A DNA stretch of 64,000 nt from Mytilus trossulus (lineage: Eukaryota), in NCBI RefSeq assembly GCF_036588685.1, contig NC_086381.1, forward strand, positions 3,596,001 through 3,660,000, written 5' to 3'. Shown piece after piece: positions 39,416 to 52,079 of the stretch (position 1 is its first letter; every line of letters starts with the position of its first letter). The position numbers and the translations under genes were made by a program. The notes beneath the pieces were generated by a model. That model did not search any database, was not told where the DNA came from, and saw only the letters and a program-made list of their open reading frames with translations.

Positions 39416-40735
39416 ATATACAATGAATTATTTCTTGAAAATATGTTGATAATTCTGTACGATGAGAATATGTAGAATCGATGTTTTTATTAAAAATTCT
39501 AAACAATGACATGTGCAAAATTCCTTTAAAGGGAGATCGACAATTATATATTAATGTATGAATGAATGAACAAATGGTTTATCATAGTGCATCATACTCA
39601 ATCATATTTGAAGTGGGTTGCTACTGAAACTAATTTTCGGACACTTGAGAACACGGTAACTATTCAACAACCAATACACATAAGCCAGGGTAACATTATA
39701 ATTCTGCATTAAAGAATATCAAAGAAATATACGACAATAATATTTTGAAGACGTCTGGAACGTGACATTCTATATTGATGCTAAAATTAATTACTTTTGT
39801 TTTTTTCTCATTTTCACACAATGTTCACATACAGGCGGCTGGCCTGGTGTGTTTAAACCTCTGTAAATGTACTTTTAAAACTGGATGTAACGAACCTTGT
39901 TTTTTCGTTAAAATATATTGAAATTAAAGAAATCATAGTTATTCTTATGGACTAAATATATAGGGGATACTTAATGTTTCTTTATTGAGGAATCCTACAT
40001 GATATAATTATTATAAATTCAATCAAATGATTGTTTATTATGATTTGTTTTTAAAATAAGAAAATAAATATTGGAATCACCGTTAAATCGCGAAATTTTA
40101 CACCCGTAAAAATAACACGCTTTGCGGTATCTGCTATAACATTATCCAAATTAATCATGATAATCTTGAATATACTAAATGACACTTTATTTCGTATATT
40201 TCAAGTTAAACATTCGTTTGCTGTATACTGAATGCATATGTATTAAAGAAATTGTTTTGCAATATTCAACTGTTGAACTATTTCGTTCTTATGTTGTACT
40301 GTTATACCACTGCCCCAGGTTAAGGTAGGTTTGGGATCCCGATAACACGACCTTGCCCATTGTTGAAGGTCGTCCGGTGTCATTTTTTTTCTCATTGCCA
40401 AGTATACCAGATCTTCATTTTCATATTTATTTCCCCCTGAGTTATCTACAACCAAGAAGCCAGTACTTCGGCACTAACATATATTAGTAAATAAGGAAAC
40501 GTTGGGATTTAAATTTGCAGTAAATAATTTATAAAATTATTCAAAGTATTGAGGAATATCGATTTTTGATATAATCAGCTCTTCATCGTGCGCCTCAGAT
40601 TTAAATTTACAATCATTACACCGCGAGCATCACTGAAGACACATAAATATGACGCAGTGAACTTGATATCGTTTACATTATCACTTTTACTGGGTCGATA
40701 CAACTGTTGGTGTACTATTTGTTCCCCAAGAGTAT

Positions 40736-41184
40736 AACTTTGTACTTTCTGTTCAGAAATGAAAGAAAATATTTTTCACATTTTTGGGAATGTAATGTAT
40801 CACAAAACGTCTGGCTATCCGTCATAGATTGGATTAAAAATTATGGCATTCTTCTGCCTTTCAGTGCAAAAGAAGTCATTTTAGGTGTGTCTGAAGATTT
40901 TGTCAACAGTAAAACAGTTAACAATATTCTGTTGTTATTCAAATATTATATATGCAAATGTAGATGTAAGAACATATAGAAATGTCATTTGTTAGAAGCA
41001 GCTTCAATTTAATTTATTTGATTAATTAACAAAATCTTTTTGTAATATTTATATCTATATCTTATTGTATCCATATGACTTAATTGATTTATCAAGTATT
41101 ACTTTATTTTTAAAATGTGTATCGAATACTGTAGTATGTAATTTCACATGTTTCAACATCAAAAATAAAATAATTACAAAAAAA
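40736..41184 (+). mobile_element. 5'-truncated LINE (L1/Tx1-like ORF2 C-terminus plus A-rich tail) with 8-bp TSD
   Basis: HFWECNVSQNVW...EVILG...NNILLLFKYYI.KC resembles the zinc-binding C-terminus after RT; aataaa and poly(A) at 41161-41186; AAGAGTAT at 40728 and 41185. Confidence 0.75.
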
Positions 41185-42654
41185 AAGAGTATCACCAACG
41201 GGTTAGCCAGGTCTTCGACATTGATATGAACATAAGGATATTGTTTTAATTAAAATTCATCATTGAAAATATGGATATTCTTTCAAATTAAGCAACATAA
41301 CAACCGCATGTAAGCGTTGATTCCTTGTATTTGAACGTTTGTATTTAGTTTTAGGAGTACCAATATTTTGCATCTGGAGACGAGCTTCAGCTTGACCCGA
41401 AATAATATGTATTCACTCAGCAAAAATAGATGTCTTTATAAACCTGGAACACAAACAAAAAGTTTAAGGTTCATCATAAGGAATTGAAGAATAAGGCCGG
41501 GTTTACACCTCAAAAATTACTATGAGTACAGACAAACTGGTACATCCAGGAAAGTTTTAAGGCATGGCAGGAACTAGATATATAAAAGTAATATGAAGTC
41601 TACGTTTCAGAAAATTAAAAACTTACCTGCATTTAGATGTGCATTTTTTTCCAGTCTGCAGAAGATAGCAAAATAAACAAACACCCGAGTTTCATTTGAT
41701 AGTGTCCACCTAGTTACACAGTTTAAACCTGTTAAATCACCTATTGTTTACAGGTGTCTATTATCCATCTATTGTCCATTTAAATCAATACTACTCACAA
41801 CATTGATTATACGAGGGGAGCTTCTCAATCGTTTTCACTACTTAGTTATTTTTTGCACCTTCTGCAGGAACGAAAAAAAAATGGATAGCAAAATCTAGAA
41901 AAGTTTATAATTTTCTGAAACATAAAATGCATTTAAAATTTATATATCCAGTTCCTGCCATCCCTTAAAACTGTTGCAGGTGTATAGGTTAGTCTGTACT
42001 CAGAGTAAAATTTGGGGTGTAAATACGGCCATTTTAGCCAAAAGGTTATGATGAACCTTAATTGAAAAACATGCAAAAATAACAAAGACCAGAGGTTCCT
42101 GCTTGGATAAGCGTAAAAATGAGGCAAGGTAATACATATTTTGTGAGATCTGAACCCTTCCCTATTCCTCTAGCCAATGTGGGATAAACTAACATGTATT
42201 TAAATAATGGATATTAATAATTTGTTTTTTCTTGCTTTTTAACATTCAATAATTCATGAAGCGGATTGTGTAAAATGTGAATAGTCAAAAACTAATTTTA
42301 TGGTTCCATAAATTCATTTTTTTTATTGCCACTCATTATAAATAAATTTTTAATAAAAAGTAAGGCTCATAGAACTTTTTATATTATCCATATTAATAAT
42401 TACAACATACACACATGTTGGCGTAAAGAATACACAACTACAGAGTGGGCATTTAGTCATACAAATTGACAACATTAAAAATAAAAGTAATACTTTTAAC
42501 CAATCAACAGACAGTAAATACACCTGTATTTATTAGACAATAAACCAATTTTAAACGAGTAATGTTACACAAGCAATTTTTTGGGAAATTTGTGTATGTT
42601 ACTATATTTATTGCACGTCATTCTACACACATCGTTGATACCTAACTATAACAC

Positions 42655-42810
42655 CAATGTCCATAAAATAGTAATAAAGATGTCACAAAGACTATATAAG
42701 TGTCATTATCATTCAAATTTGGTGACGTCGCACCTTATAATTTCCATCTAAAATAATCCAATCAACATAGAATAAATTTGAATAAGGACATTTTATAAGG
42801 TATAAAAGAA
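42655..42810 (+). promoter_or_regulatory. Gene C proximal promoter
   Basis: ccataaa 42661, TGACGTCG 42723, CCAAT 42758, TATAAAA 42801; colinear with the gene B promoter. Confidence 0.75.
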
Positions 42811-42851
42811 AGAAAATGTAGCAGACTGCACATCAATTTAAAACAGTGAAC

Positions 42852-44495
42852 ATGCAGTCTCTCCTTTGTTTCGTGCTTATTTTGGTTTCTCTCTATTTAA
42901 TTCAAGGTATGATTTTCTTCATTATGAAAATAAATAAAGGTTGTAATGTTCAAACATATAATGTGAAAAAAATTAATATAATATATTTGGAAATACTAGA
43001 ATTTGATTATAAAATGCAAATTTGTTTTATTGTGATTTGTTATATATACTAGGACTTCTATAGTAGTCTCAACTATATCTGATGAATACATAAATTAAAA
43101 ATAAGACGAACTATACAGTTCAATAATAAGTACTACTTATGCTTTATACGTGTCAATCTGCAATATCAAAATAAAATGTTTCGTTCAATGAGCACGTCAC
43201 AATTGTACTTTAATTGTATAAGATAAAAAAGAATTGTGCTACAACCATTGATGTTTTTCGTCGCCCAGTTCATTTGAAAGTATGATCTATTAGATTTTAT
43301 TGTTGAATGTACAAACTTAATTTTAATGAAATAAATATTAATATAATTAAATAAATTTCTTTTACTTTCTCTCTGATGTTTGTTTTGAAATAAGTAAATG
43401 AAACGAATCATTAGATAATGAACTTATATAATTAGAAAAACGAATAATTATAATGAAGAAAATAAGTCAATATCTTCTCGATAACAAGATGTAGAATAGC
43501 AAGGATGGGACAAAAACAAAACACAAATATCATTAATTGTTTTTAAACAACATTCCAATTGTTTCATAATATAACACCAAATAAAATGCTTTGAAAATAT
43601 TAAAGAAATGTATGCTGAAAACGACAATTATGTTACACAATTTGAGTTTTCTCGATACGGTGAGACTATCGTCGACGAATTTTCATATTTACATGTTTAT
43701 GTAAGAAAGCTTCGCGACGTCGACAATGTTCCTAACTTGATCATTTAATCTATCAGTCCTTTTAAAATTAAAGAAATTAGAGATAAGACGTGTTATACTA
43801 CATATCATGCAGATGTAAATTTATTTTGACTTACATTCTTTTCTCTATTTATGGTTTCAGGTCGTACATATGGCTATCAAAAAAAGATAAAAAGGGCTCA
43901 CATGATTAAGGTAAAGGATCCCATCGGATTCCCGACTGATCAATTACATATAACTAGAGAACCAGTTGTGTTACCAAGTAAGAGACTACCTGACTGTGAT
44001 GTGGGATGTACTCTCCAGATTATATCACCAGAGTGTATACAAGAAACATTTGGATTTGAACATGGCGTCAGGTGTAGAGGCTGTGATGTTGATATTTGCA
44101 ATAGAGGAAGGGGAGATAATTTAGAAAGGTTGCACGGTAATTCCCAGTGGCAAAACGGAGGCAGAAACCAAAATTTAAACATCAGAATAGGCAAAGGATT
44201 CGTTGATAGTTTAAGTGGAAGTAGAAACCAAAATTTAAACAGCAGAATAGGCGGAGGATTCGTTGATAGTTTAGTTGGAGGTAGAAACCAAAATGTAAAC
44301 AGCAGAATAGGCGGAGAATTCGTTGATGGTTTAGGTAGTGATTTCTTTAACGAAGGACAAAACTCGAATTTAGGTGGTAGATTTAGAAACAGACAGGATA
44401 CAAATTTTGAAAGAAGAAACAGATTGGATATAAACTCAAATGACAGAAGAAACCGGTTTGAAACAAACAGACAAGTTGGGAGTGGGTGGTTATGA
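42852..44495 (+). CDS. Gene C: close paralog of gene B, 229 aa; exons 42852-42906 and 43861-44495
   Basis: Exon 1 MQSLLCFVLILVSLYLIQ-G; tttcag acceptor at 43860; near-identical Cys module; three rather than four 20-aa repeats; AATAAA at 44594. Confidence 0.9.
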
Positions 44496-47400
44496 TCACG
44501 TGGTTACGATTTGAGTATTTTGTAACAAACATTTAGAAATCCAGAGTATTTTGTTGTACAATTTGTGATGAAATGACATATTTTTATATAATCAATAAAC
44601 GGGTAAAGATCTATTTCTTATTTAGTGGTTACTTTTATAAATACAATCAGATTGGTAAGATTGCCAAGAAAGAATTTTTCACTATAGACTGAATAAGTCT
44701 TTTGTAAACGAAACGCGCGTCTGGCGTATATACTAAGTCCTGGTATATATGATGAGTTTATTGGTAAGATTACCAAGAAATGATTTTTCACTATAGACTG
44801 AATGACGTAAATATAGCAATTACAGGTCATCATACAGCCTTCAACAATGAGCAAAACCCCTACGCATAACTAGTTTCAAAGTACCAAGATTGCCTTGATG
44901 TTTAAAATCTTCAATTTGAGTACATGGGTACATTTATTTTGTTATGACAATTAGATGTTTAAAAGCAATAGACATTAATCCAACGACACACATATATACA
45001 TCCACATGCTTTCTTTAAAGATTATTTATGTAGTGATTTGTAGGCAAATAAAGGCAACAGTACTGTAGTATACCGCTAGTCGAAACTCTTAAATCGATAG
45101 AAAATAACAATTCCGGGTTAAAAACTAAAACTGAGGGGAAAACAATATTAAAGCGTAACACACAAAAAAACGAACTTAGCATTAGGCAAAATCAGATGAA
45201 AATAACAAATATAACATCAAAGCTAAATACATGAAAAGCAAATACTCAAACTTGGCATAAGGTTCATTTGTAGGACTTCTAAATGTTCCCCATGAAATAG
45301 TGTTCACCGAACATTTTTTCATGATTAATACTGTTGACGGACAATATTTACTTTGATGTAATAAAAAACACGATGTGATATAATTGCCAATGAGACAACT
45401 CTCCACAAGAAACAAAAAGACACAGACATTAACAACTATAGGTCACTGTATGACCTTCAAGAATGAGCAAAGCCCATTACGCATAATTAGCTATGAAATG
45501 ACAAATGAAAAAAAATTCAAATAAGAAATCTAACGTCCTTTTTTGTCCAAAAACTTTACGAAAAAAATATCTAATACATCAACAAACGACGACTTACTTG
45601 ATCATGACTTGGGACAGGCAAATACATACAGAATATGGCGGAGTTAACCATTTTAGCGGGACCCCCCCTAAACATGTGACAGTTGTGTAACATAACAAAT
45701 CAAGAATTGACCATACAAATCAATTGAAAAATGCTTTATTCGTCAGATGGATACAAACAGAAGTACTACACGCAGAGTGGACGTTGCCGGGTACATGTAT
45801 ATTTCAACAGCAAAAAGACACTAAGTACAGATCTGAGAGTACTCACAATTACCGACAGCTAGTTCAAAGCCCGGGCGGCGGCATTAACAACTAAATAAAT
45901 GAAAAATCATGCATCTAAGACTAAATGTGTACTGCACACAATTTTACATACGAAACAATATGTTTAGCTGTAAAATCACTGGATACATTGTTTACCAGTG
46001 AATTTCACGAGGGTATCACCAGCCCAGTAGTCAACACTTCGAATTCGGTGTTGACATGAATATCAATAATGTGGTCATTTTTATAAAATTCCTGTATTCA
46101 AAACTTTGAACTTTTTGAAAAAAAATAAGGATTTCCTTATCCCATGCATAGATTACCTAAGCCGTATTTGTCACAACTTTTTAGAATTTGGATCCTCAAT
46201 GCTCTTCAATTTGTACTTGTTTGGATTTATGAATATTTTTGATTTGAGCGTCACTGATGAGTCTTATGTAGACGAAACGCGCGTCTGGCGTACTAAATTA
46301 TAATCCTGGTACCTTTGATAACTATTATCATTAAATAGTGAATATGTTCAGGGTTCGTTATTATATTATAGTTCGTTTCTGAACTGAACTTATGTATCCC
46401 GTCATACTTTGAACCACACAATTTTTTTATTCATTATTATTACTTCTACTGTTAAGTCTGTTTTTTGTTATATCTACTTTACGTGACTCTGCATTTATGT
46501 ATGACGTCAATCGAACGACAAAATTATTTTAATGTCTACCTGTGCGAATTTCAAACGCGCAATTTTACACCAGTACTGAAAACTTCTATCCTTAACGGGT
46601 AGACTTTACATAGATAAATCAAGTCGTATAAGAATAGCAATATGAGTATGTTAAATCTGATGTATGCCTTTTTGTGCTTCTTAGTTACATTTGTTGTTTT
46701 TATAGTGATATTAAGATGATAACACAATAGTGACTGCTGCACCCCTATTTTTGACATTTTTACTCTTTGAGTATGTTTGTCTTGTTCATGCATCGTTGAC
46801 AATGTAATGGAATTTGATGCGACTGTCATACAAGTGAGAGGTTCAGCTAGCTATAATACCAGGTTCAATCCACCATTTTCTACATTAGAAAATGCCTGTA
46901 CCAAGTCAGGAATATGACAGTTGTTATCCATTAGTTTGATGTGTTTGGACTCTTGATTTTGCCTTTTGATTTTTGATTTTCCTATTTGAATTTTCCTCGG
47001 AGTTCAGTATTTTTGTGTTTTTACTTTTTTCTGCGTGTGTTACATTTTAATGTTGTGTTTCTGTTGTGTCGTAGTCCTTCTCTTATATTTGATGCGTTTC
47101 CCTCAGTTTTAGTATGTAACCCGGATTTGTTTTCTTCTCAATCGATTGATGAATTTCGAACAGTTTAAGTGACGTGTATCATTGACTCATTCTCCTTACT
47201 TTTCTTTTTATACGCTTATTACCGGTATTATGATATACCCTTGTTCGTCCGTTCCTCGTAAATATGTTGGACGATCTCTAAAAACCGTTTTAACCAATAT
47301 GCACGTAATATTTGTAAGTTTCCAAGTTATGGGACTTTATTCATTCTACAAGGGATACTTTTCAGTTTTCAGACGATTCTTTAAAAATGCTTTGAGTACT

Positions 47401-50400
47401 TTTTCTGAAAGTTTGATGAAGCGTTGGTGTCTATTCACATAAGCTACCCTTTGAAGCTAAATTTATGGGAGTTATGGGATGTTATTTGTAAAAAGGGTGG
47501 GATTGTTCGGTGTTCTGACAATATCTCAAAAGCGCATTGAGCAGTTTATGACTGGTTTATATCTATTAAATTAAACTCTTTTCTGTTTTTTTTTGTATAT
47601 ATATTATATATATTTCTGATATGACATTAAGAAGTTATGGTTTGTTATTCTTTGAAAGAGCAACAGGCGTATCGTGCGCTCTTGACGCTAATCTTTATTC
47701 TTCTGGCCACAAGTTCGTTTAGTTTTCTTCAATAGAAGCGGATTAGGGAGGAGTGGCATCCTATGGAAAGTGGTCTCATTGGCAATCATACCACATTTTC
47801 TTTTTATATTTTATCTATACCACTCAAATTTTGTTTAACTTCCGCTCCCCTATTTCGGAATCTTAGATCTGCATTAATTCAATATATTTTGGAGGATATT
47901 TTATAAGAACAAACTTGTATACACTTTATATAATGCTATAACATATTTAAAAACTTGACAATGCATTATTTCTTGAAATATGTTGATAATTCTATACGAT
48001 GTGAATATTTAGAATCAAATTCCTTCAAAGGCAGATCGACAGTTGTATTAATGAATATATAAATAAACGAATGGTTTATCGGAAGGTGCATTATATTTGA
48101 ATTATATTATAATTGAAGTGATTTACCACTAAAACTAATTTCTCGACACTTGACAAAACGTAACAACTTCAACAACCAATACACATAAGCTAGGGTAACA
48201 TTATAAATCTACATTATGATATCAAAGCAATATACGACAATAATATCTTAAAGTCGTCTGGAACGTGACATTCCATCGTGTTGCTAAAATTAATGCCTTT
48301 CTTTTTTCTTCTCGTTCACAGAATTTTCGCATTAAGGCAGCTGGGATGTCTAAGTGTTCGACAGTAGAATTTTCTTCAACATCTGTAAACTACTTTTGGC
48401 CGGTCAATGTTCTTTTAAATTGTCTTATAAAATTTAGGTGTCACAAACCTTGTTTTAATTCAAAATACATTGAAATTAAAGAAATCACAGGTATTACTAT
48501 TGCCCATATGGCAGAAAATTAATATATTTTCTTTATATTGAGAATATTTATGAGAACTGCTTTTTATAAATACTTAGAAAATACAAAACAAATAATTCGG
48601 GAACACGGGCATTATTTTATTGAAAAAAATCGAAACAACAAGTTGCCCTTTCAAAATCTAAACAATTATCTGCCAAAATTTCATCCAGATACTTTGTGAT
48701 CATTTTGAATACACTTAATATATATACTATATATTTTGCATTACAAGTTTTACTCGTAGATGCTTTTGTTGTTTATTGAACGCATTTGATACTCACAATA
48801 TTTAAAAAAAAAAAAAAAAAAAAGTAGTTTTGCAAAATGACAATAGTTGCCCAAAGAAAGACACCCGATCTTCCTTAACTATTTTTATTTTTATTTTATA
48901 ATATCTAGCATTACAATTCGATGACAACTTATAGCAGGTTGTTTCTTTTTATCAGATACAAAACATATGTATGATGACAGTAAACATACAAACAATAAAG
49001 CTTTAATTAAAGAAAACAAAGAAGAATTACAACTAGATTCTTATAGCAGAAGAAGAAGTAAAAAAAAATCAATAAAAAAAATCAACCCAAACTAACAAGA
49101 GAGAAAAATAAAAACACAATACAAAAAGACAAAACTGCTTACATGAATTATTAAATCTTTATAATAAGGTGATATTATATTGTCGTTTTATCATTTGAGA
49201 ATATCTTGAATTCTTTCAGACATTGATTAGGATATGGAACAAGTATTAAACTTAAACGCTGTTGTTTTCGGTTGAACATGCTAACGGAAACACATTTGAT
49301 TGCTGAAGTGATTTCGATGTCTGGATAATTATAACATGAGTTTGCCATATACATAAACCGTAGCTGATGTAGCTAAATTTAAAGAACGTATTAATACAAA
49401 GACAGACTGCTCCGTGTTTATAGCTGTGCAAAAAAAAATAAGAATAAAGAAAGAAAAAATGTTTATACTAGGTATATTCCACAAAGAAAACCCCACATGA
49501 AAAGTTGTGTACACACAAAAACTGAAGATGTGTTTACAATTCACGCAGAGCCAATCGTACAGAGATGAGTACCAAATGGATATTTCCAAACACACTATTT
49601 TACCAAAATGATAACTATAACTTTTAGCTTTCTCAGGTTTGTAAAAAAACTTGATAGTTTTATTAAGGTTGCAACGTTTATATTTCCATATATAAATCAC
49701 AGAGCCAAAAAAATGTATATATCAGCACGTTGACAACATCAATTGCCACATAGGATGACCAATCACACTAAGATTTGAAACTTTAAGTTTCGTTTAGAGG
49801 CAAGATCAAAATATTCGAATTCGACAAATCAATGCTAAATAACGTTAAACTTTTTAATTGAACTCCTTGCCCTTACCAAATCAGGAATATGACATTTATT
49901 TCAATTCGTGTGATGTGTTTGAGCCTGTAAAATCCAAACTTGATTTTGCTATGAGATGATCACCGATAATCCATAAGTATTAATGTTGAACAGGCGGTCT
50001 AGGGACATGCCATTTTGGTTGTTTTGGACCATTCAGGAATCAATATCTTATCAATCCCTCTAAAACTAGACTGTTTCTTTGCTTAAAAATGTTAAATCTA
50101 ATCACATGGACTGACTGCATAATAATTACTTAAAACATCAAACATATTTATTTTAAAAGTGGCTGGGACAGGAAATCACGTTTTTTTTTATTATTAAAAA
50201 ACGCACAGATAATTGCATTAGATTAAGAAGGAGACTAAGAACATCGGATGTATTAATGACGGAAAATCTTACAAAAAATAACTGAAGGTAAAAATTGAAT
50301 AATTTGTATTGATTTAAACTGCAGTACCATAGTTTGAGGTGTTTCACTAGGCCTTCGTGTGTGTGGATGTGTGTGTAAAAACGAAGAGGGACAAGGGGTA

Positions 50401-50687
50401 TAACGTTATAAACAGTTCATTATTTAGATGATAAGATCTAGAGCCATTAACAACGCCCAAGCGACAGCTTATCATGCTATTTTCCAATTTAACGATTTTG
50501 ATGAACAAAATTTCGTATTGAGTTTTTCTTTGAGTTTGATATTTTTGTATCAAATGTACAATAAATCATAATAGAAGACGATTACACTTTATAACGGTGA
50601 ATTTGGTATCTTGTATCTGTGATGGAGCGTATGTTCTGTTTTTCTAACGTCACTGTATCTTATACGTCACTCTTTACATATTACTGA

Positions 50688-50866
50688 TACCGTATTCGTT
50701 CATCGTTGTCCGTAATCCATAAAAAATGTCATAAAAGTGTTACAATGACAATATAGGTGTCATTGTCTGTCAAATTCAATGACGTAGACTCTAGATTTAG
50801 CCATTACAATACAATCACTGCGTATACGTTACGATTAAGAACATTTATTTTGCATGGTATAAAAGA
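50688..50866 (+). promoter_or_regulatory. Gene D proximal promoter
   Basis: ccgtattcg shared with B; ccataaa 50717, gtcataaa 50728, ggtgtcatt, TGACGT 50780, TATAAAA 50858. Confidence 0.7.
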
Positions 50867-50911
50867 TACATGGTTTTGTAAATTGGGTATCAGTTACAAT
50901 TTACAGTTAAC

Positions 50912-52079
50912 ATGAAGTCACTTATTTGTTGCACGTTTCTATTTGTCTCTTTATGCTCAGTTCAAGGTATGATTTTCAACGTCTGTAATGTTAATATTTT
51001 ATTTTGTGAATATGTAAATTTAAGTCACGTGAAGTGTAGTGTAAAAAAATAGAAAGTTATTTTGAAAAAAATCAAAAATAATCTTTACTTTGGTCTTTTT
51101 GATATTAATGTAGAAATAGGATTGAAAAAATGAAAAGAAAAACATTGATAACCTCAAAAAATATAATAATATTTTCCTAATAGACAACATGAATTTCTAT
51201 GTGTTTTTCTAGTCGTGTACACTATAGTTTTTTTTATTAGAGATTTGGTAAATTGTGTCAAACTTATAAACGGACGCACTGTTGATGCTGCATTTTGGTT
51301 TCTTCTTTATCACGTTTTACATTCCATGTCACAGATGAAATATAAATTGTAACTCCAATACTGTAAGCTAAATTTAATCAAATAAAATAACAAAATATTT
51401 TTTTTATTTTATAGGTCGCAGCTATGGTTATCACAAAAATACCAAACATACTACCGTGGTTAAACCCAAGGATCATGGGTTTCTGAAAGATCCGATCCAT
51501 ATACCAAACGACCATGGGTTTGTAAAAGAACCAGTTCATATACCAAACGACCATGGGTTTGTAAAAGATCCAGTTCATATACCAAACGACCATGCCGTGT
51601 TACCTAGCAACAAACTGCTTCAATGCAATAAACCGTGTACTCTACAGATAATACCGCCACAGTGCGTACAAGAAACAATCGAATTTGAACATGGCGTCAG
51701 GTGTAGAGGCTGTGACATAGACATTTGCAGCGGCAGGGGAGATAGTCTAGATAGATGGCAGGGCGGTTCCCAATGGCAAGATGGCAGCTTTCAAAATAGA
51801 AACCAGAGAATAGGCGGAGGATTCGTTGATAGTTTGGGTAATGATTTTCTAAACGTACTAGGACAAAATTCTAATTTAGATGGAAGAATTGGAAATAGAT
51901 TCGATACAAATCTTGATAGAAGAAACAGATTTGATACAAATAATGACAGAAATAACAGGTTTGATACAAATATTGGCAGGAGAACAAATATTGACAGAAA
52001 TAACAGATTCGACCAAATTTTCAATGAAAGAAGAAGCCGATTAGATACAAACAGACAAGTTGGCAATGGTTGGTTGTGA
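50912..52079 (+). CDS. Gene D: secreted 6-Cys-module protein with His-rich 13-aa repeats and Asn/Arg/Asp tail, 239 aa; exons 50912-50966 and 51415-52079
   Basis: Exon 1 MKSLICCTFLFVSLCSVQ-G with GTATGA donor; ttttatag acceptor; exon 2 GRSYGYHK...; AATAAA at 52190. Confidence 0.9.

Noticed and set aside
42846-43052. 68-aa ORF as a standalone small protein
   Set aside because: It is exon 1 of gene C reading through the GT donor into the intron.
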